The notes under the pieces were generated by a model. It was not told the DNA's origin and did no database searches. It saw only the letters and a program-made list of their open reading frames with translations. A stretch of DNA of 24,000 nt from an uncultured Clostridia bacterium (GTDB taxonomy: Bacteria; Bacillota; Clostridia; Oscillospirales; Ruminococcaceae): contig CANRLN010000006.1 of the NCBI GenBank assembly GCA_947631445.1, positions 6,216 to 30,215 on the forward strand, written 5' to 3'. The translations under genes and the position numbers were made by a program. Positions 1 through 6,670 of the stretch are shown here, one piece after another (within the stretch, counting starts at the first letter, position 1; every line of letters begins with the position of its first letter).

Positions 1-1
1 T

Positions 2-343
2 TGCGAAAGCCTTACAATCATAACAATTCCTAACTCTGTTACTTCTATCGGATATGATGCTTTTAATGATTGCAACAACCTTACAAACATAACCATTTCA
101 AATTCTATTACTTCTATTGTAGATTATACTTTTAGTGATTGCAAAAATCTTAAAAATATAGAAATTCCAAACTCTGTTACTTCTATTGAAAATAATGCTT
201 TTTTAGGTTGCACAAACCTTACAAATATTTATTATACAGGCACTCAAGAACAGTGGAAAAAAATTTTTATTGGTGAAAACAATGACTGCTTAACTTCTGC
301 AAATGTTCACTATAATTCCACTATGCCTAAAACTATTATGTAA
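2..343 (+). CDS. C-terminal fragment of a BspA-type leucine-rich-repeat (LRR) surface protein; 5' end lies outside the window
   Basis: Frame 2 is open from the window edge to TAA at 341-343. It is absent from the ORF track because it has no start codon. My translation ...IPNSVTSIGYDAFNDCNNLTNITISNSITSIVDYTFSDCKNLKNIEIPNSVTSIENNAFLGCTNLTNIYYTGTQEQWKKI... shows ~23-aa repeats (IPxSVTSIxxxAFxxCxNLxxI) typical of BspA-like LRR proteins. Confidence 0.75.
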   Translation, partial: CESLTIITIPNSVTSIGYDAFNDCNNLTNITISNSITSIVDYTFSDCKNLKNIEIPNSVTSIENNAFLGCTNLTNIYYTGTQEQWKKIFIGENNDCLTSANVHYNSTMPKTIM

Positions 344-414
344 ACTGTTAAGATTTATTGGAATTTCTCGAAAATTTGCAAGGATTGCAAAATGGTTTCG
401 AATAATCCTGCTCC

Positions 415-437
415 ATTCCCCGCCATAAGCGGGGAAT
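415..437 (+). terminator. Rho-independent terminator candidate downstream of the LRR gene
   Basis: Perfect 9-bp stem attccccgc (415-423) / gcggggaat (429-437) with loop cataa, followed by an A/T-rich tract (tattatg). The U-tract is imperfect. Confidence 0.55.
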
Positions 438-475
438 TATTATGTCCAAAAATAATATAAATGACTTTTTTATGC

Positions 476-504
476 TTGACAAAAGATTATTTTTGTGTTA
501 TAAT
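476..504 (+). promoter_or_regulatory. Sigma-A type promoter for the D,D-carboxypeptidase gene
   Basis: TTGACA (476-481), 17-nt spacer, TATAAT (499-504), with TGT immediately upstream of the -10 (extended -10). It lies ~45 nt upstream of the RBS/ATG at 548. Confidence 0.7.
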
Positions 505-547
505 ATCTTGTGTACTTACAAAAGATATAAAAAGGGAGAGAACATTT

Positions 548-1933
548 ATGCTTAAACATTTTTTTCAAAAGCTTACTGCTGTTGTATGTGTTGCTATGGT
601 GGCAATAAACATTTCTTTTTCGGCATTTGCGGTGGAATTTGAGCCAATAAACAGTATTGATGATGAGGGCAACAAGGACTATGTTAAACTGTATTCACAA
701 GCGGTGTATATGGAAAATCTGACCACCGGTGATGTTATAGTTGATATCAATTCTGATGAAGAAAGAGTGCCTGCTTCACTTACTAAAATAATGACAGCGG
801 TTGTTCTGCTGGATTATTTTAAAGATGACCCCGACAAACTAACAAGCGAAAAGGTCAGCGGAGATACAATGGCTTTTGATGACATCTATGGACTTGGAGC
901 GTCAAATGCAGACATAAGACAGGGCGAAGAACTTTGCTATCTTGACCTGCTTTATGCTCTTATGCTCCCCTCCGCCTGCGAAGCTGCCAATATTATAGCT
1001 GAAAACATTTCACCATCACTTAGCAGTTTTAACTTTGAAATGAACGCAAAGGCAAAAGAACTTGGAATGGAGCATACCTATTTTAACTGCTCTCACGGAC
1101 TGCTTGCTCAAAACAACTACACCACCTGCCGTGATATTGCCACCCTTTGCAAATATGCACTTGAAAATGACACTTTTAAAGAGGTTGTCGCTACTGCAAC
1201 CTATAAACTTCCGCCAACCGAACAACACCCTGACGGAACTACAATAAGCAACACCAACAAGCTGGTCGACCCCGACACCGATTATTACTATCAATATTGC
1301 AAGGGAATTAAAACCGGTTTTATGGACGAAGCGGGAAGATGTCTTGCGTCCTATGCTGAAAAGGACGGGCAAACCTATTTAATTGTTTCAATGGGAGCTC
1401 CCGCTCAGGACGAAACGGGAAAATCTGTTATGTACAACTGCATTGACCACAAAACCCTTTATGAATGGGCTTTTTCTCACCTTAAAATAAGGGATTTTAT
1501 AAATCCGATAAGCGAAGTTTGCGATGCTAAAATATTGTACGGCAAATCCGATTCGGTTAATCTGCGTCCCTCCGAAGGCTATTCCCGCCTTTGGGCTGAC
1601 TACCTTAAGGACGAGGATATAAAGAAAACCGTAACCGTTTCAGACAAAATAATAGCCCCTGTCAAAGAGGGTGATGTGCTTGGCAGTATGGCTCTTGAAT
1701 ACAACGGTGAAATTATAACAAACATAGACCTTGTGGCTACCAATGATGTTGAACGCAATCAAACCGCTGCAAGAATTACCGTTGCAAAATCTTTCTTTGT
1801 TTCGGACTGGCTGCACCTGCTTATTTTAATTCTGGTGGTTGCCTTTTTAGTTTATGTATTTTGTTTTATAACCATGATAAAAATACATAGACAAACCAAA
1901 ATGAAAGCTAAAAAAAACAATAATACAAAATAA
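548..1933 (+). CDS. Serine-type D-Ala-D-Ala carboxypeptidase (peptidase S11, low-MW PBP) with signal peptide and C-terminal membrane anchor
   Basis: Part of track ORF 461..1933. I prefer the ATG at 548 (MLKHFFQKL...) because AAAGGGAGAG sits 7-8 nt upstream and the promoter lies inside the longer ORF. Motifs: SLTK (SxxK, Ser at 776-778), PSACEAA (SxN-position motif, here SxC), KTG in GIKTGFMDEAG. N-terminal hydrophobic signal; C-terminal TM WLHLLILILVVAFLVYVFCFITMI. Confidence 0.9.
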   Translation: MLKHFFQKLTAVVCVAMVAINISFSAFAVEFEPINSIDDEGNKDYVKLYSQAVYMENLTTGDVIVDINSDEERVPASLTKIMTAVVLLDYFKDDPDKLTSEKVSGDTMAFDDIYGLGASNADIRQGEELCYLDLLYALMLPSACEAANIIAENISPSLSSFNFEMNAKAKELGMEHTYFNCSHGLLAQNNYTTCRDIATLCKYALENDTFKEVVATATYKLPPTEQHPDGTTISNTNKLVDPDTDYYYQYCKGIKTGFMDEAGRCLASYAEKDGQTYLIVSMGAPAQDETGKSVMYNCIDHKTLYEWAFSHLKIRDFINPISEVCDAKILYGKSDSVNLRPSEGYSRLWADYLKDEDIKKTVTVSDKIIAPVKEGDVLGSMALEYNGEIITNIDLVATNDVERNQTAARITVAKSFFVSDWLHLLILILVVAFLVYVFCFITMIKIHRQTKMKAKKNNNTK

Positions 1934-2069
1934 TGGCAGATTTTATAGAATGTATAAAAGTATTTTTTAGTTTAGCTAAAGACTTTTTGTCACATAAATA
2001 ATATTTTATAGAACACAATTACAAGTAGCTGGTTGCTGAAATATAACTATAAAAACGGAGGAAAATATA

Positions 2070-3710
2070 ATGACAATCACCGGAAAAATTTTAAGAGATG
2101 CTTTTCTTAGTGCCGCAAATGCCATATCCAACAAGAAAAAAGAGGTGGACGACCTTAATGTGTTTCCTGTTCCGGACGGTGATACCGGAACAAATATGTC
2201 GCTTACAATCGGAAACGCAAGAGAAATTCTTGAAAAGATGGACGACGATGTGCCAGTTTATGAAGTAGCCGACCAGACAGCCTCGGCAATGCTCAGGGGT
2301 GCAAGAGGAAATTCTGGGGTTATCCTTTCGCTTATCTTCCGTGGATTTTCCAATGCCTTTAAAAACAAAAAAGAGGCAGACGGAAAAAATATTGCCGACG
2401 CACTTTCCAACGGCGTTGACAACGCCTATAAATCGGTTATGAATCCTACTGAGGGTACTATTTTGACGGTTGCAAGGGTAAGTTCGGAGGTCGCAAGCAG
2501 ATGTGAAACCAATGATGTTACAAAAATGTGGGAGCAGGTTTGCTACACCGCCCAAAACACACTTAATGAAACTCCCGAGCTTCTGCCAACCCTTAAAAAA
2601 GCTGGTGTAGTTGATGCGGGCGGTAAAGGTCTTGTTATTATTTATGACGCAATTCTTGACGTTCTCAACGGCGGAACTCCCGTAACCCTTGAAGATAAAG
2701 ACGAAAGCGTAAACATAGATAATTTTTCCGATGCCGTAGGTCAGTTTGACGCTGAAATCCGTTTTACCTACTGCACCGAAATGATTATTGACAAAAAGAA
2801 AAACTGCCCCGACAGCAATATTTTAAGAAAATATCTTGAAAAAATCGGCGATTGCGTTGTTGTTGTCGAGGACGAAAACATTATAAAAGTACACGTTCAC
2901 ACAGACAACCCCGGAGTTGCAATTGAAAAGGCTCTTGAATTTGGTTCTATTAACCTCCCTAAAATCGAAAATATGAAATATCAGCACGAAAAACGCAAAA
3001 TCGAACAAAAGGCAAAAATGAACGCCATAGAACCTGCCGAAATCACCAAAAAATATGGTTTTGTTGTGGTTTGTGCAGGCTCTGGAATTGAAAATCTTTT
3101 TAACGACCTTGGAGCGGATATTATTGTTAAGGGCGGTCAAACAATGAACCCCTCCACCGAGAATATTTTAAGTGCTATTATCCGTTGCCCATCTGAAATT
3201 GTCTATGTTCTTCCAAACAACAAAAATATTATTATGGCAGCAAAACAAGCAGCGGATATTTCCAACAAACAGGTTTATGTTGTTGGCACAAGAACCATTC
3301 CGCAGGGAATGACAGCAATGCTTTATTTTGCTGAAGATATTGAACCGCAAGAAAACTTTGATATGATGAGTGATGCAATCAAAAATGTTTCCACCGGTCA
3401 GATTACCCTTGCTGCAAGAAATGCCGATTTTGAGGGTAAAAAGATTAAAAAAGATGATGTACTTGCTCTTGACAATGGAAAACTTGCCTTTATTGAAAAT
3501 GATATATCCAAAGCAGCCTATAAGCTTACAAAAAATCTTATCAAAAAATCTGAAAATAGTAGTTATGTAAATATTATTTATGGTAGCGACACAACCGCTC
3601 AGCAGGCAAAAGCTGTGCAGGAAAAACTTGCGGGCAAATATCCAAACATTGACTTTAATTTAATAGCAGGAAATCAGCCAATTTATAATTATATTATTTC
3701 GGTTGAATAA
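2070..3710 (+). CDS. yloV: DAK2 domain fusion protein YloV (DhaL-like N-terminal domain plus DegV-like C-terminal region)
   Basis: 546-aa ORF with GGAGG RBS 8 nt upstream. The N-terminus LNVFPVPDGDTGTNMSLT... and GARGNSGVILS match the DhaL/DAK2 nucleotide-binding motifs of the YloV family. Length is typical (~550 aa). Confidence 0.9.
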   Translation: MTITGKILRDAFLSAANAISNKKKEVDDLNVFPVPDGDTGTNMSLTIGNAREILEKMDDDVPVYEVADQTASAMLRGARGNSGVILSLIFRGFSNAFKNKKEADGKNIADALSNGVDNAYKSVMNPTEGTILTVARVSSEVASRCETNDVTKMWEQVCYTAQNTLNETPELLPTLKKAGVVDAGGKGLVIIYDAILDVLNGGTPVTLEDKDESVNIDNFSDAVGQFDAEIRFTYCTEMIIDKKKNCPDSNILRKYLEKIGDCVVVVEDENIIKVHVHTDNPGVAIEKALEFGSINLPKIENMKYQHEKRKIEQKAKMNAIEPAEITKKYGFVVVCAGSGIENLFNDLGADIIVKGGQTMNPSTENILSAIIRCPSEIVYVLPNNKNIIMAAKQAADISNKQVYVVGTRTIPQGMTAMLYFAEDIEPQENFDMMSDAIKNVSTGQITLAARNADFEGKKIKKDDVLALDNGKLAFIENDISKAAYKLTKNLIKKSENSSYVNIIYGSDTTAQQAKAVQEKLAGKYPNIDFNLIAGNQPIYNYIISVE

Positions 3711-3716
3711 CAAAAT

Positions 3717-3743
3717 TTCCCCTTGCTTATGTAGCAAGGGGAA
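3717..3743. terminator. Bidirectional rho-independent terminator between convergent yloV and the apgM-like gene
   Basis: 11-bp perfect stem ttccccttgct (3717-3727) / agcaaggggaa (3733-3743), loop tatgt. Flanked by aaaa on the left and taatttt on the right, so a U-tract is available on both strands. Confidence 0.75.
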
Positions 3744-3769
3744 TAATTTTATCTATTCAAATTTTTTAT

Positions 3770-4996
3770 TTATCTATTGAGGAAAATTCCCATTATATCG
3801 TGACCAACAGGAACAAAAATTCCTGTGCTTTTTGCGGTTTCTTCGGTAAATTCTTCACAACCTGCAATTTCGCCCTGCTTATGATACATCATAAATGGAA
3901 TAGGGTCGTTTGTGTGGGTGCGGAGGGAAAGAGGTGTTGCATGGTCAGGCATTACAAGAATTTTATAATCTTCATAATTTTCCTCAAGATTTTCAACAAG
4001 CGGTGTTAAAACCTTTTGGTCGATAAGTTCAAGCGAACGTTTCTTATTTTCAATCTCGTGGCGGTGACCACATTCATCGGGAGCTTCAAGATGAATATAA
4101 ACAAAGTCTTGTCCATTTGCAAATTCATCAATAGCTGCCTTAGTCTTGCCCTCAAAGTTGGTATCAATATATCCGGTTGCACCTTCAACATCGACAACAT
4201 TCATTCCAGAAAACTTACCAATACCCTTTAAGAGGTCAACAGCAGAAATCATAGAACCCTTAAGACCATACTTTTCTTTAAAGTTTGCAAGCGGTTTTCT
4301 TACACCCTCGCCCCAAAGCCACATGGAATTGGCAGGGCGTTTACCTCTTGCAATTCTTGCCTTGTTTACTGGGTGGTCTTTGAGCAGGTCATAGCTTTTA
4401 ACCATCATATCATAAAGCTTTTTAGCATTTTCAGCAGTTGGAATATATTCTTTGATTGGCTTTCCTGTAATGTCATGAGGTGGTGTAAGTGTTCCAACAT
4501 CAAGTGTGCCATTGTTCCAAATAAGGCAATGACGGTAGGAAACACCAGAATAAAGTTGAAATTCTTGGTTGTTAAAATGCTCTGCCAAAAATTCAACAAG
4601 AACCTTTGCTTCTTCGGTTGAAATATCATCAGCACAATAATCAAGAATGGTCTTGTCGGCATAATTTTCTTCGTCCGAAAGGGTAACAAGGTTGCATCTG
4701 AAAGAAACATCAGTATCCTTCATATCAATTCCGATAGAACCCGCCTCAAGGGGACTTCTTCCAGAATAGTATATTGCAGGGTCATAGCCCAAAACCGAAA
4801 GATTGGCAACATCACTTCCGGGCTTTAAACCGTCTGCAACGCTTTTAACCAGTCCGATATAACTTTTCTTTGCAAGTTTGTCCATGCAAGGGGTATTGGA
4901 AGCACCCATAGGGGTTTTGTTTCCAAGTTCTTGCATTGGGTAATCTGCCATACCATCACAAAGGACAACAGCATATTTTGTAGTATTTGTTTTCAT
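3770..4996 (-). CDS. apgM-like cofactor-independent phosphoglycerate mutase family metalloenzyme; likely the 'proposed homoserine kinase' subfamily
   Basis: 408-aa ORF. N-terminus KYAVVLCDGMADYP...LGNKTP...A.TP.MD and C-terminal HLEAPDECGH..., MPDHATP are the metal and phosphoserine-site motifs of the alkaline-phosphatase-superfamily archaeal-type iPGM. It lies directly downstream of aspartate kinase on the same strand. Confidence 0.85.
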   Translation of the reverse strand: MKTNTTKYAVVLCDGMADYPMQELGNKTPMGASNTPCMDKLAKKSYIGLVKSVADGLKPGSDVANLSVLGYDPAIYYSGRSPLEAGSIGIDMKDTDVSFRCNLVTLSDEENYADKTILDYCADDISTEEAKVLVEFLAEHFNNQEFQLYSGVSYRHCLIWNNGTLDVGTLTPPHDITGKPIKEYIPTAENAKKLYDMMVKSYDLLKDHPVNKARIARGKRPANSMWLWGEGVRKPLANFKEKYGLKGSMISAVDLLKGIGKFSGMNVVDVEGATGYIDTNFEGKTKAAIDEFANGQDFVYIHLEAPDECGHRHEIENKKRSLELIDQKVLTPLVENLEENYEDYKILVMPDHATPLSLRTHTNDPIPFMMYHKQGEIAGCEEFTEETAKSTGIFVPVGHDIMGIFLNR

Positions 4997-5058
4997 AAAA
5001 AATCTCTTTTCTATAATAATTTATTTAAGCCTTTAACGGGCAAATCTTAATTTTATGA

Positions 5059-5089
5059 TTGTTTGCCCCGCTTTAGGCAGGGCAAACAA
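5059..5089 (-). terminator. Strong intercistronic hairpin (terminator or attenuator candidate) between aspartate kinase and the apgM-like gene
   Basis: ttgtttgccc (5059-5068) pairs perfectly with gggcaaacaa (5080-5089), plus 2 further GC pairs. On the minus strand it is followed by tcataaaatt, a weak U-tract. Confidence 0.5.
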
Positions 5090-5117
5090 TTAATATTTTA
5101 TATAGCTTTTTTAAAAA

Positions 5118-6437
5118 TTAAAGCTGATGAATTACAAAAATTTCATAAATAGCCTTGATTGCCTGTTCATAATCGCTGTCAGCAACACCCACAATAATAT
5201 TAAGTTCGCTCGAACCCTGGTCAATCATTTTAACATTGATGTGAGAGTGTGCCAAAGCGGCAAAAATTCTTCCTGCTGTACCACGCTGACTCTTCATTCC
5301 ACGACCAACAATAGCAATAAGAGCAAGGTCGGTTTCAATATCAATAGAATCAGGGGAAACATTTCTGTGAAGTCCTGCAAGCACTTCTTGTTCGCAAGGT
5401 TCAAATTCAGCTTGATTTACAATAACGCTCATTGTGTCAATACCTGATGGCATATGTTCAAAAGAAACCTTGTTCTTTTCAAACACTTCAAGAACACGTC
5501 TGCCAAAACCAAGTTCGGCATTCATCATATCTTTTTCAATATTAACAACTGTAAAGCCCTTTTTGCCTGCAATACCTGTAATTGTAAAGCGTGGCTTAAC
5601 ACAAGTGCTTTCAACAATCATTGTACCTTGTGCGGTGGGGTCGTTGGTATTTTTAATATTTATTGGAATACCTGCCTTGCGTACCGGGAAAATAGCGTCC
5701 TCGTGAAGAACGCCCGCACCCATATAAGAAAGTTCTCTAAGTTCTTTATAGGTAATTGTAGTAATAGGCATTGGGTCTTTAATAACTCGTGGGTCGGCAA
5801 TAAGAAATCCCGAAACGTCTGTCCAGTTTTCATATAAATCCGCATTTACGCCTGCGGCAATAATAGAACCGGTTATATCCGAACCGCCTCTTGAAAAAGT
5901 TTTGATTGTATCATTTTCGCAAGAACCATAAAATCCGGGAATAACGGCTCTTTCTATATCCTTAAGTCTTTCCTTTACGGTTTCGGCTGTTTTCTTTGCA
6001 TTAAAAGCACCATTTTCATCAAAGAAAATCATTTCGGCAGGGTCAACAAATTCATATCCAAGATAAGCGGCAAGAACCTTGCCATTAAGATATTCACCTC
6101 TTGACGCAGCATAATCTCTGCCCGCTCTTGCCTTAAAGCTTGCTTTTATGGTTTCAAATTCATCTTCAAGCGAAAGGGTCATTCCAAGACCCTCGATAAT
6201 GCCGTAGTATCTTTCTTTGATTGCCTTAAATTCTTCGTCAAAGTTTTTGGATTTTGCGGCTTTATCATAGCAGGAATAGAGCATATCGGTAACCTTAATA
6301 TCATCAGAAAATCTCTTTCCGGGAGCGGAAGGAACAACATATCTTCTTGAATCCTGCTCATGAATGATATTAGCCACCTTGACAAACTGTTCGGCACTTG
6401 CAAGCGAGCTACCGCCGAATTTTACTACTTTTACCAT
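5118..6437 (-). CDS. Aspartate kinase (monofunctional, C-terminal ACT domains)
   Basis: 439-aa ORF. The N-terminal VVKFGGSSLA (KFGG[ST]S amino-acid-kinase signature), ...RGGSD.T... and C-terminal tandem ACT-like segments (ALIAIVGRGM..., INVKMIDQGSSELNI) are classic aspartokinase features. GGAG RBS upstream. Confidence 0.93.
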   Translation of the reverse strand: MVKVVKFGGSSLASAEQFVKVANIIHEQDSRRYVVPSAPGKRFSDDIKVTDMLYSCYDKAAKSKNFDEEFKAIKERYYGIIEGLGMTLSLEDEFETIKASFKARAGRDYAASRGEYLNGKVLAAYLGYEFVDPAEMIFFDENGAFNAKKTAETVKERLKDIERAVIPGFYGSCENDTIKTFSRGGSDITGSIIAAGVNADLYENWTDVSGFLIADPRVIKDPMPITTITYKELRELSYMGAGVLHEDAIFPVRKAGIPINIKNTNDPTAQGTMIVESTCVKPRFTITGIAGKKGFTVVNIEKDMMNAELGFGRRVLEVFEKNKVSFEHMPSGIDTMSVIVNQAEFEPCEQEVLAGLHRNVSPDSIDIETDLALIAIVGRGMKSQRGTAGRIFAALAHSHINVKMIDQGSSELNIIVGVADSDYEQAIKAIYEIFVIHQL

Positions 6438-6479
6438 AAATTAAAATCTCCAATCTCAATAAAATTCAATAATAATTTA

Positions 6480-6508
6480 ATTATACTATATTTTGAAAAA
6501 TACGTCAA
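6480..6508 (-). promoter_or_regulatory. Sigma-A type promoter for aspartate kinase
   Basis: Minus strand reads TTGACG (6508-6503), 17-nt spacer, TATAAT (6485-6480). This leaves only a ~35-40 nt leader to the ATG at 6437. Confidence 0.65.
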
Positions 6509-6615
6509 TATGCAAATAGAACAAACTTTTTTCACTACATATAAACATTTTTAATATTAATATATATGTACACCTTTGCGGTGAGGATATTAATATATTG
6601 CAATGCTACAATAAA

Positions 6616-6644
6616 TTGTTCCCCCGCCCAAAGCGAGGGAACAA
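6616..6644 (-). terminator. Terminator candidate downstream of the GH74-like gene
   Basis: ttgttccc (6616-6623) pairs with gggaacaa (6637-6644), plus an inner cgc/gcg. On the minus strand the hairpin is followed by tttattg. Confidence 0.55.
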
Positions 6645-6670
6645 CAAAAGTTTTCCTACAATATTTAACT

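Noticed and set aside
461-547. 5' extensions of track ORFs: 461-547 (D,D-carboxypeptidase), 9335-9343 (GH74), 13115-13138 (yfhO), 14459-14506 (small ORF), 20216-20266 (ftsK).
   Set aside because: In each case an internal ATG has a much better Shine-Dalgarno sequence at proper spacing. The extension either starts at TTG, contains the gene's own promoter, or overlaps the upstream gene.
5038-5089. Possible attenuator. GGGCAAA occurs at 5038-5044 and 5080-5086, flanking TTTGCCC at 5062-5068, so the central arm could pair with either copy.
   Set aside because: The alternative pairing is only ~7 bp, against 10+2 bp for the main hairpin. In the minus-strand transcript the terminator arms are transcribed first, and I saw no leader peptide or ligand-binding fold. 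It is probably coincidental.
1016-5845. Numerous 60-154 aa antisense or overlapping ORFs in the track (for example 1016..1372 -, 2091..2555 -, 2823..3140 -, 4405..4710 -, 5454..5837 +).
   Set aside because: All are nested within or antisense to long ORFs with clear family motifs. They lack RBSs and have low-complexity or Cys/Phe/Asn-rich translations typical of off-frame AT-rich sequence.
6438-6560. Possible lysine/threonine riboswitch or T-box upstream of aspartate kinase.
   Set aside because: The predicted promoter (-10 at 6480-6485) leaves only a ~35-40 nt A/T-rich leader. That is too short and unstructured for a riboswitch or T-box.
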